A stretch of DNA of 62,079 nucleotides, the filler included, from Choristocarpus tenellus KU-1152 (taxonomy: Eukaryota > Protista > Phaeophyceae), in the NCBI GenBank assembly GCA_964200185.2. It is 11 parts of 11 records of this genome, joined end to end, with 100 filler letters (N's around TTAATTAATTAA, not from the genome) between each part and the next. Parts side by side here need not be neighbours in the genome. Positions count along the whole stretch, not along the records: positions 40,876 to 44,946 come from CAXNAD020016381.1; positions 45,047 to 50,156 come from CAXNAD020011836.1; positions 50,257 to 54,231 come from CAXNAD020016836.1; 8 more parts are not named here. One strand, given 5' to 3'. Position 1 is the stretch's first letter, and every line of letters starts with the position of its first letter. A model generated the notes under the pieces. It worked only from the letters and a program-made list of their open reading frames with translations. It searched no databases and was not told the origin of the DNA. This document shows positions 41,515 to 52,838 of this stretch, piece by piece. The position numbers were made by a program, and so were the translations under genes.

Positions 41515-42761
41515 AAATCTTTGAAGGACCACGTTCATGTCAAGGTGCAGTTGTACCCCTGGTCGATTGCTAAACCGCAAGAAGAATGTGGAAAATCTAA
41601 ATGGTAGTAGGTAGTGGAAAGGGTTCGTTGATGTTACATGAGAGCATTCAACAAGATTTGAGGGAGGTGGAGGGACAAGGAGTGGGATGACTTTGACCTA
41701 GTGCAATCAGTTATATTTCAGCAACACTTCATAGATAGGTGTAAATAATGGGAGTGAAAAGGAGTCGTGCAGTGTGTAGCGCCTCAACCATGGACCAGGG
41801 TAAGGGTAAGAATTAGGGTTGACATAGTGGTGCTACGTACCTAGTCCCATACCCAAGGTGAGGAAACAAAATATTACGGAGTGGGCATTAATAAAATTAG
41901 ATGTATTTTGTTCAAATTAAAAAAAAACTAGGCCTACATCACACGTGCACTCAATTAAGCTTTCAACGGAAATGCCAGCAAATCCAATCTCCCCCGCCAG
42001 GCTAGCATGGAAAAAGCCTCTACCTATGAAATTAAACCTTACGGAAAGGAGTCGGACTGTGTACTTCCAGTCACCTCTGGCACATAAAAAACACCATAAA
42101 AACAAATTGGATGGATAACACTCTTCCTCATGTCAATGACTCTACAAGGAACCTTCTGTGACACTCGGAGAGCTTCAGCAATTTGCAGGATATACAGAAG
42201 ATAATAATTCCTCCCCCTCTGAATCTGTACCCCTCCCCAATCAAATGTATCACCTCTCACGTCTAAAAAACTTCCATGCCCTTTGGAACCAATCCCCCTC
42301 CCACCCCACCAAAAACAGGGTTTACCACTGGCCATGTCCTCCAACAAAAAGGCTTGGAACCATCAGTCCACCAGCCTCTCTACGTCGCCCTACGTTCTAG
42401 ACGACCACAAATGAGCAAAGTCCCATGCAACCATGTCAAGGTATAGCAAACTTGAGGCATAAATGCAACCAACTCCCTATACGCCCAAAATCAAATACCG
42501 TAAACCAACTCCTTTAACATATATGTCGAGAAAACAACAGATCCGTCGTCCCACCAGACAACTGAGAAAACTTAGGAAAATGCCCTCTGGCAGGCCTCAA
42601 GCCTTGCCCCTGCTCTATCATTGGGCTCTAAGCTGTGCACAGGCAGCAACAATATCATTCAAGGCTTTGATCTTCGTCAGCAATACAGCTCGGTCCAGAC
42701 CAATCGATCATTGGCCACACTAAAGGCACCTCATTTCCTCCTCCCATACCCCCATCCTCCA

Positions 42762-44114
42762 TCACGACAATCCCCCCCCTCCTCCCCTTCTGCCCTTTGC
42801 GGCAAGGGCATTTCCAGGCATGCTCCTCACCCCGCCCCCTGGCAAGACCTTGGCAACGCCAATCGGGAAATAAGAAACTTCTGGAGTTCCAGAGTGTCGC
42901 TGAAGACGGTCAATGTAGCTCTCCTGGCCCGTATAGTCCAGAGACTCCTTCTCATCTAGGTAAGCTCGGACCAGGATGTAGTTCCACCTGCAAATACAAA
43001 GTGGGTCGGTCACCCACACAGTATCATCATCCCAAATTAAATGATCATCATCAAATTGAAGAAGCAAGGGGTGGCAAAAAGATAGAGTGGATTGAGTCGT
43101 AGTGTGATTGAAGGGGGGTCTAGTTGGGTTGGTTCAGACCATAGTTATAGTAGATTCATCGCTAGTATCATTGAAAGAACATCCAACTTTGTCAATTTTG
43201 TCACTTTCAATTATGAGTCGTCCAACTTTTATTTATTATGAGAGCTGAATCAGAAGCTGGACATACATTCCTCACCATATATATACAACAACAACAAAGA
43301 TACTCGGCCTCAGTTCCTTGCTTCTGATCTTCCACTTACATGCAATGGTCTTTTGTGACGTGCTCATGGAACCCGTTCCCGGAACGGTCAAACTCTCCCC
43401 TACCAATGCCGCACACCACACACTGGCTCTCCATCTGCCTCACCAGGTCTGCTTCCTCATCTCGAAGTTGGGCAAAACTGTAGGGACCATAAGAGGGTAC
43501 ACAAAAAGAGGTACACACACACACAGAGGGTCACACATCATTAGGAGGCACCGAGGGCTTGGAGCAGGGGTCGAAAGAGACATCCAAATCGCAGAGGGCT
43601 GCCAACAGATTTTTCCCCGAAAACAATCTATATAATGGAGATTGCTGCAGACAATTTTTGGGTTAGGGTTATAGGGTGTTGGGACGGCGTAGCTGAGGTC
43701 TACATCTGGGGGTAGAAGGTGAACCCAATACACTGTACTTTTTCTTCTGTACAATACTGGCGACCATGTCACAACCCTGTTACATCCCTAGTTTGGAGGA
43801 GATATGGGTGAGGGGACAGGGAGGGTGTTGTACATACATTGCATGATTATGTTGTTCACCAACATAAGCCACTTCAAAAAATACCAACACACAACTACTG
43901 TTGTATACATAGATACGTGCACGTGTATGCGTATGTGTATGTGTCTCAACACCTGGGTGTAGAAGTATCACACCATGCAATGGAGTTCAATCCTCTCCCC
44001 CTTCCCTTCCGTAATCACCAACCTGTCAATGATGATACCCGCCACCATGTTCATGAGGAGAAGTGGCACCAGCACCCAGTAGCTGACGTCAAACAAGAAT
44101 CGGGCAACACGACG
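42762..44114 (-). CDS. IP3 receptor/ryanodine receptor-like Ca2+ channel, C-terminal exons
   Basis: Exons 44114-44023, 43477-43340, 42987-~42762 join in frame: RRVARFLFDVSYWVLVPLLLMNMVAGIIIDS|FAQLRDEEADLVRQMESQCVVCGIGRGEFDRSGNGFHEHVTKDHCM|WNYILVRAYLDEKESLDYTGQESYI. This matches the IP3R/RyR TM6-IIDxFxxLR-CxxC..HxxxxH-MWxY..YTGxESY signature. 3' end uncertain. Confidence 0.9.
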
Positions 44115-44320
44115 CTGTCCAAATAGACACAAGAAGGAGAGAGCTACAGTTGGGTAAGAAGTCGTAGGGAGAACTAGAAAAAACCTGAAGAACTGCAAGA
44201 GTACTAGAGTATTGCTTGTGTGTGTATGAGAATGTATTTTCCAGCAAGAAGAGCAAACAAGCAATTGAATTTCACAACAAGATTTGAGATTTGAATGAAC
44301 ACACACTTACAAAGGCAGAA

Positions 44321-44360
<40 letters not shown>

Positions 44361-45046
44361 TTTCCACATGAGGAACGTGCATCTGCAACTATGCGTGTAG
44401 ATAACGCAGTTTTCAATAAAGGCTTGCATCACTGTTGGGAGTATAAACCTACCCATGAAAAAGGACAAGCAAGTAGTTTTAGATGTAGTCCTTCATCATC
44501 ACCTAACAAACAACACACACAAGTCAGGACCAAAAACAGCCTGTTCCATGACTGCCTGTCCACCCCGTTGATCGGCAATTGTGCATGGGGCCGATCCCCA
44601 TTCAACACGCCACTAAATTTTTACAAAAACCACGTAATTTCAGATGCTCTACGCCAAAATACACCATCTTCAAAACTACCTTTAAGTCAAGCTCATTCTC
44701 TTGCATGCTGATTTGATGGCAGAACGCCTTAGCATTCACCAACGTCAGTGGTGCTTGAGAACTTAGGGTTAGGGGACAAAAGGATCAGGGTGTTACGGGA
44801 GGAAACCATGGCCTTAAAAAAATAATAACTAAAACAGTATAATTGAAATCTTTAACAAATCAATCTGACACACTTAGCTCCTTCCCCCTCCCCTCTCCCT
44901 CAGAGCCCCTCTCATCATTTAGAACAACGGGGGGGGGGGAGGGCGGNNNNNNNNNNNNNNNNNNNNNNNNNNNNNNNNNNNNNNNNNNNNTTAATTAATT
45001 AANNNNNNNNNNNNNNNNNNNNNNNNNNNNNNNNNNNNNNNNNNNN

Positions 45047-45359
45047 GAAGTTAAAAGATTGTTTGGCTTGTGCAAGAAAGAAGTTAAAATATTGTTTGGC
45101 TTGTGCAAGAAAGAAGTTAAAAGATTGTTTGGCTTGTGCAAGAAAGAAGTTAAAAGATTGTTTGGATTGTGCAAGAAAGAAGTTAAAAGATTGTTTGGCT
45201 TGTGCAAGAAAGAAGTTAAAATATTGTTTGGATTGTGCAAGAAAGAAGTTAAAAGATTGTTTGGCTTGTGCAAGAAAGAAGTTAAAATATTGTTTGGATT
45301 GTGCAAGAAAGAAGTTAAAAGATTGTTTGGATTGTGCAAGAAAGAAGTTAAAAGATTGT
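45047..45359. repeat. 33-bp minisatellite, about 9.5 copies visible
   Basis: Unit GAAGTTAAAA(G/T)ATTGTTTGG(C/A)TTGTGCAAGAAA, head-to-tail with no spacers, running into the gap. Confidence 0.95.
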
Positions 45360-46399
45360 GCGCACAAGGAAGCAAGGCATTGAAAAAAACTCTGATGCAA
45401 AAAAATGCAATTAAGAACATATGTACCAGTGGAGTCTTTCAGCAAAGAAAAAAGGGTTGGTGCAGTGTGAGGGTATGCTACTGTTGAGGGATAGTTGAAC
45501 TATGCCGATAGGGAACAGCAGTTAAGTACAAACAGAATAAACTGTATTGTACAGGGGACACGATTGCCTGTTTCTTGGATACAATCGGTATCACAGTAAT
45601 ATCAAACAAAACACAACGGCAGCGTAACACATCCCCATTTTACATTCAACGGCATTTTTGGACGTGTCCCACGGGATAGTACCAACGCCACCAACTTGTT
45701 GGATACATGGGTCTTTCTGCTCTTAAACACATCATACATACTCCAGCGCTATAAAATGAAGATCATGGCATTGCTTTTTGTTTGTCGAGTGCTTTCCAAA
45801 AGCAGCGTCTCAAACCATGTATGGTACAAACTGTTTTTCTAAGCTATCTCCCTATCAAACAAGAACAAACACCATTTTTCAGTTGGACCTTTCGAATAGG
45901 GCAGTTCTATCTGAACCACCTACTACTGTATCTACAACTTCTTGTCTTTACATCTTAGAAGGTCAGAGGGAATGCAACCTTGTGCATTTCACCAAGGCGC
46001 TACTCATGAGTCTTTGCTACAGATACAGGGAAAAAAGGGCACACTAGCAGGGTGTGGGTGCATAAGCATCTATGCAATCACCGATGTAGCATGGGTAGGA
46101 CAGAAAAAACTAAATGCGTGTGAAACGTGTTCTTACCATGCATCTTGCTTTGAGTAGAATGTAAGCAGAGTACAATAGTACAAGGTGGAAATGGATAAAA
46201 AAACGAGGCCTTGTGTTGGCAACGAACTACTCCTACTTCGAATCTCTTCGATAACCCTAATCCTAACCCTGTTCGCTATAGTCATGAAATCTAAAGAGAA
46301 CCCCCCTACACATCAAGCAGGATTGAGGAGACACCTGAAGCCGTGGCGCAACAGGGTATGGGGAAAGGTTTTATACCTGGTGAAAATTTGAGGGCCTAC

Positions 46400-47277
46400 C
46401 TGTCCCATTTCCAGCAGTAAAGTCCCCTCCCTGACACATAAACTGCGGGATAATGCGATGGAAACATGACCCCTTGTAACCGAAACCAGCCTCGCCCGTA
46501 CAAAGCTGGCGGAAGTTTTCTGAGGGACGGAAGCGGCCATTTGAGATTGGCAGGAGACCAAGAGAAGGGAGTGGGGCAGGTGCATCAAATGAAGCAGCGG
46601 TAGGACGGTGGAGGGGTGTGGGAGCGGTGGATTGTTATGTATTTAGAGGATAGTCGAGACCAGAGTGGAAAGTCGAGAGCAGGATGAGGGTGTATTTACT
46701 CTGCCGTGGAAGATTTAGAACATACCGGCGGTCTTTGGCACCAAATCAGCTCTAAGCTCGAATGTGACCCTGCCCGCCTTTTCCCCGCCAATGCTCATGT
46801 CGAAGAACACCTGTTGAAGGGAGAGGTTGATACATCCACCAAATTACAACTTTCAAGGCTCAACGCAGCGAGTAGAGTGAAGGAAGTGTATCGATAGCGT
46901 GTGCACATATAAGATAGCCACAAGAGGTTGGAACTTCACTCATTGGGGCACAGGATAGATCTATTGCCAGCAGGGCCAACAAGGAAGACACACAGTTCAG
47001 GATGCAGTGCTGTCTACCAATGTCTATGGTAGTACTCGAGCAACTTGAGTTCGGTGAGACCCCGAGGAACACCTCGAAGTTCATTGTTTGCAAAGATAAC
47101 TATGGTTTAATGGGTACGGTGTCGAGCTTACTAGGGACTACTGGTACTATTGCTAATCTACGCTACGATCTGGAGAGTGAGATTGAGAGTGGACCCAACA
47201 ACAACCTGTGGCTTCTTGACGGTAGAGAAGGTGCGAGCGACCATGCGGATTGTCTGAGGGGATCGATTGACGAACAT
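46400..47277 (-). CDS. Cyclophilin-type PPIase with probable mitochondrial presequence; 3' exons missing
   Basis: Exons 47277-47206, 46810-46726, 46519-46400: [24 protein letters not shown]|[29 protein letters not shown]|[40 protein letters not shown]. Confidence 0.95.
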
Positions 47278-47509
47278 GTTGGAAGGAGGGTTGGAACCAG
47301 GAAGCTTAGTGTGGAGAGGAGAAGCCTGCTGTGTGACGTTCTTTCAAACCCAACAAAAGACAATGGTTTACATTGATCACACCTTCACTTCTACTGAAAG
47401 ACCCCTAACTCTAATATCTTAATTGCCTGTTTTTGAAACACTCTCCAAAAAATGTTGGTCTACATAGAATGTTACAACTGAGAGTAGGACGGGAAGGACG
47501 AGATCGATC
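47278..47509. promoter_or_regulatory. Probable bidirectional promoter
   Basis: Only 232 bp separate two divergent ATGs on one contig. Confidence 0.55.
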
Positions 47510-49211
47510 ATGCGTACAACAGCCCCCCAGTTAGCCCTCTGGGTGATCTTCGTTGGAGCCACCATCTCCACCCAGGCGCTTGTCCTTCCTATTACCGGGC
47601 GCACACAGACAAGATCATGCTGGCATTGCTGTATGACAGAGTCCTCCTTGCCAGAGTCTCGTGGTGCACTTTTCAAGAGGGCTCGGAACGGGATTTTTGC
47701 AGCTGCTGGGATTGCAGCGAGCTGGAAAAGAAATGGTTCAGCTGAAGCTACATGGGCTGCGGAGAGGAATGTGGGAGAGTTGGTGAGCTCGCGTAGAGTG
47801 ACTTGCTTTTTGTTGAATTAAATTTATCACTGAAGTAGCAGAAGATGTCACCGATGCTCACCTTCCCCAGTGAAGAACATGTGGCAAATCTATTTCAAAT
47901 GACTTTACCTTTTCACACAGGTGCTATTGGTTAATGATGCCAGGGGCAAGCTTGATCCTGTTGATGGGCTGATCGATGATGCGAAGTGGGACGCGATCAG
48001 GACTGTGGTGAAGGCCCCGCCCGTGGCAGAGCTTAAGGCATGTCAATCTATGGATTTACTTCTATCACACGTTGATTTTTTGTGTCCCCTCGTCGTAGAT
48101 TGTCTAACGTGGCATAGAGTCAACACTGTGATACTGGGATATTCCCACAAGGAGGTCAACTTGATGCTCATGACAGGCCAACCGAGGCTTCGACACCATA
48201 CCGTCTACCAGTAGTAGTTTAAATAGCAGCAGCAGCAGCTGCTGCTGCCTCAACGCGGGGGCCTTAGGGGGGAGGATGAAACTGTGCAATACCCAGCTTT
48301 GGCGTAACACTTGACGGCACGGTCTTTGAAGCCCCCTCTATTGACCCAAGTGATACTTGTGAAGAGGTACAGATGAAAATCACCCTCTCCCCCCTCATTA
48401 TCACTATATTATTGTACTCTGTTGTATGCTATCTTCTCACCAAGCAATGCAACAACCATAGGTTAATATGGTGAGTACCTTCGTCCCTTTGCATCGTAAG
48501 GTTGACGAAGGACAGCTGTGTCATTTGCCTGGGTTGGATTTATCCCCATTCACAACTTTCGAAGTGCGTTCTTGCTCACTTTGTAAGAACTGCTACGCTG
48601 ACAGTAGTAGCAGTTGGATTCGAAGAAAGTCAATTATCCAGAGTGGTAGTATCAGTCAGGGAGGGAATCAAACCATTCTAAATCTTGATACCTCAGTATC
48701 GTCAATTTGTTGCATGCCGCAAATTTTCGCCTGTGTGACCATGGCACAAACTGCTTGTTTTTTTCATAGTGATTATAAAGTGATCCCATTTTCTCTCCTC
48801 CTTTTCCTTCCCCCACATCCTCAGGTTGCCAACATGTGCTCAATTGGCCATGGTACAGCCCACTTCCCATTTGCTTATTATATCACACATGAGCTTGCCA
48901 TCTTCTCTTTGCCCACGCTTTCCTTCCCCACATCCTCTACTTGCCTCCCTCTGCCCAACAGAACTTCCCCCCCCGCCCCTACCACCTTCTAATGTTCAAA
49001 CTTCACTGCAAATGTGATTCTCTGTAGAACATTATTCTTGAGCTGTCACGCAAGCCAGAACTCGAGGAAGACTCTGGGGCGATCTTGGGCATGCGTCAGG
49101 ACCTCCTGGACCACCTACAATTCCTCGACACATTTGCGTACAACAATGTCTTTGTTGGTGAGGACAGGCAGATACTCGGAACAAAGGTCGACTATGCTAT
49201 TCCAAGATCAG
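47510..49211 (+). CDS. Plastid/thylakoid-lumen targeted protein, PsbQ(OEE3)-like; last exon not found
   Basis: Exons 47510-47782, 47921-48037 (GC donor), 49028-49211. Signal peptide ..STQA|LV, transit peptide, lumenal-like signal ending AEA/WAA, then a helical domain LDPVDGLIDDAKWDAIRTVVK..RQDLLDHLQFLDTFAYNNVF. The family call rests on resemblance only. Confidence 0.65.
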
Positions 49212-52200
49212 GTGAGCACAGGGCTGGGGGGTACGTGGACTGTTGCAGAAGCACCAGTTATCGCTGAGACCAAGCTGTGCTACGTTTGGTCATTGGACTC
49301 TTGAGCTTACGAGGAAAAGATGGAGGCATTGAAGGCAAATGGGCCTGTCATGGACAGAAGGGGATTGAGGAGGGAGGGCAGATGAAGAGCGCCTGCGCTA
49401 CTGTACATACAGGATGCTATTGTGATGTTGCTCAATGTGTCTGTTGATCGGGGTGTGTTTCTAGGTTGCGCTATTGCCTCTGCTTTGGATTGTGTGAGTA
49501 TTATCGATTGTGATACATACTATTCCTGTTTCGACCACCACTAGCTTTCTCTTCACAAGCATTATTCTTGTTTTCGGGGAGGTCCCTCTCGTACCCTGTA
49601 TCCATGGTATGGCGCAGAGCTCCTTCATTCACACACAGCACATGCTAGTCTGGGCCGACTTGGCCGACTTGGCCGACAGGATGGTATCACCGCGTGAGGT
49701 GCACTGCTTCATGTATTGGATCTATTTTCTACTGCCAACCAATCTGTTCACACTGCTGCAATAACGTCCCGCTGCTCAGCATTTTCTTCAGGGCAGCAGT
49801 TACCTTTTTTTTCCTGATTTTCGGGTGGCTGCTGCCCCAAATCCCAATACACTCTTTGACGGTACGTACCCTCTCCCAAATACCTCAAAACAACAAGTCC
49901 AAGCAGGGTGCGGTGTGCTCTCCCTCTATAGTAGTTTTCTGGTCCAGTAACTATGCTGTTGCCTATCAAGGTGCGCGTATTCGCTGTAGTAAACGCCTTT
50001 TGCCTGATATCTCTATTGACCGTCACTTCTTTATCCTCTCTTACAGCGCATGAGTTGTATCTGTTCTGTGCGCGTCTTATAATTGTCCTCACCAGCGCAT
50101 GGCGTCTTTCTATTCGCTCCGCTTCCCCCAGTTGCCTCCATCGTTCCCATCCCTCCNNNNNNNNNNNNNNNNNNNNNNNNNNNNNNNNNNNNNNNNNNNN
50201 TTAATTAATTAANNNNNNNNNNNNNNNNNNNNNNNNNNNNNNNNNNNNNNNNNNNNAGTCCTATACGTGCATCAGTATCATCTATAGGCCTGTAAATGGG
50301 AGCTATACATTCTGTGAGGGTAAGCTTTTGGAGCGCACTGTAACATGGAGGTCCTAGTGCCTCTCTTCAAACTGGAGAGACTACTCAGTATTCACCTCAA
50401 CACTTAGGATTCTTGGTAGCTCCCTACAATAGCCTGGATTTTTTTGCACCTGGTTCGGTGGTCTCCTTGGATGGTTCTGGATCACCTTCGTTGTCTACGG
50501 GACTTCCTTCTACTTGGCCTCATCGTCTCCGTGGGTGTGATGGCATCTTTGGCTCTGAGGGAACCATCACCCTTCTATTGTTGTACAACAAGTGGCCTCT
50601 GACTACCACATCATTCACCTATAGAGGTAAACGAGTGGTTTCTGGTCACCATGGTATAGACGTTGCCTAGGTAGTTCTTCCTCGCCATTCGTACAGTCAC
50701 ATTCCCGATCTGTTTTTTGTGTCACGGTGTTCTTTTACTTCACAGGTTCCGCTGGGAATCAGTAATTCGGAGCACTAATATCACTAATATCACTAATATC
50801 AGCAACAAGCCCGTCGACTCAACCCAAAGCACGTTACTAATAGTTAGTGTGACGGATGTATGAATGTTTGGTGACTATGACCACCTTTACATGTGGCAAG
50901 GCGTGACTACTTTGTCTTCCCTAGAATGCAAGTCGTACGATTCATTCCATCCTCCACACACCTGCACCGCCATTGGTCTAGATCTTGTGCAGCAAATACA
51001 TCCACTTCTCAGAAGTTGTCTTACTTGGAGGCACCACCATCAGTTTTCCTTCGGTTCTCCCTTATTCCCCATTGGTTTCTCAGGTGTAAGTTCCCAAGCA
51101 TTCAGCTTCTTGGACAATGGAGGATCCTCCATGCATGCCATGAGACCTGCAAACAGCAGCCTCCGTTTATTGTGTGTATAGCATATATTTCACGAATATG
51201 TGAATATGACTGTCCTCGTGACCCAGTGGTGGAGGAGGTAGTTTCCTGGATCAATTTTGGGTCTGAACTTGAATCCTGTTGAACACAAGACTTTGATCTA
51301 GATAGTCTGGCTTTGATAATCCAATTCCACATGATAATCACAACAAATATATTTTCCGTCTACACACTTGTAGAGTTTTACCATCCTATCTGTTGCTTAC
51401 CCACAAGAATAACGGACCAAGATTGAGGTGGCAACGCCGAGGTGGTCCAACACAGAGTTGGAGGAAGGACACGGAGGGACGATGTGGGGGATTGCTGAAC
51501 ACCATGTTCGAGAAGAGAGCCACCAATAGTGAAGCAATTACTTTTAACAAACATTAGTAGTATTTGGTATGGCTCTATGTAGTACAGTGTGTAGTTGTGC
51601 GTCTGACTAGGGATGGAATAGTTGTCGGACAGAATTGAAGGATATGATAGTAACAACAATAATGTATTCATGCAGAACAATTATAATCCAATATTGAACG
51701 TCCATTACTGGTAGTAATAACGATGTCTTCATACTGCGTGATTGTGGATACTGTTGTACTACTAATAATGTGCAGTATATTTTGTAGGAGGAACCTTATT
51801 TGGTTCTCTCTTTTGGATATGGGTTGAAGTGAACCAACCCCCATCACTTATGTCTAGATTTTGATGTCATTGGGTAGGTAATTTTCGAGGAATGTTTTGC
51901 GTTGTAAGGAGTTGGAACAAAATGTATCCTGTCGGACTCCTGTCTGAGTCTCCTTAACTCCATCGAGCCCACATATTTCAACGACACAACTTCTACATCT
52001 GACAAAAAAAATTAAGGCAATCACCAAGAATCCACTAAAGATGAAGATATGGAGATCAATGTTGGAATAGAAAATATTATATTAGTGTTGATGGCTTTCC
52101 CAACATTTCAACACCATTCTTCTATACACTTTTTGTCACCGCTTACTGTACCACTCGATACCACATCACACCACCACATGACAATGGGAATATTCAGGAT

Positions 52201-52660
52201 CCTCGATGCGTCAAAGGAACCAACCGAAGGCAACCGAAACTTGATCCTTGACGCCTTATAACGTAGTACATAATCGTCATTACCATATACATATACGGAA
52301 GGCTGTATGTCGATCTTCCAATCACAGACGAAAAAGTAAGAGAGATAGAAAGACAAACCGAATTCGTCACAGAGAAACAAAAGATTAGGGGGAAATCTGT
52401 TATCAAGATTATGCTTGTCCATATGTGGGAATTAGATTCGAAGTGTGCAGGTTGAGTTGATTTCAAGTTGGGTTTTATTGTTGGACTGATTTGATTCTCA
52501 CTGCAAAGTCAGAGCAAGGGAGTGTGTCAAGATTATGTTTGACTATTTTTGAGAATATGATTTGAAGTATTATTTTATGTACGCACAGAAGATAATGCGG
52601 GACATTCGGGATATGGGATATTTAGGCGGGGTATTTGACCAGAAGTAATCGGCGGACTGT

Positions 52661-52838
52661 TAGAGGCGGAGTGTTTCTAGAGAACCGTTGAGTCATTTGG
52701 TATCTTAGTCATTCAATGTAAGGATTGGTGAGCCCCACCTAGTGAAGGTATCTCACTCTCTTCTCAACTGTGATACAAGCCCATAAACAATAATATAACT
52801 GGTTGTGTGGGACAACAGATTGTCAAGGACGGCTTAAC
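52661..52838 (+). mobile_element. Short LTR (3'-type, ~167 bp) preceded by polypurine tract
   Basis: TAGAGGCGGAG then TGTTT at 52672. Homologous to 40876-41026. Upstream sequence (~50.3-52.6 kb) looks like a heavily decayed element interior. Confidence 0.6.

Noticed and set aside
44521-44616. Pore-loop exon of the channel
   Set aside because: No GGGxGD-like filter and no convincing phase-compatible donor.
45047-45359. CRISPR array or repeat protein (FGLCKKEVKRL)n
   Set aside because: Units are contiguous with no unique spacers, there are no cas genes and the context is eukaryotic. Open frames follow from the 33-bp period.
49510-50150. Minus-strand 114-aa ORF
   Set aside because: No recognisable domain or splice structure; likely a TE remnant.
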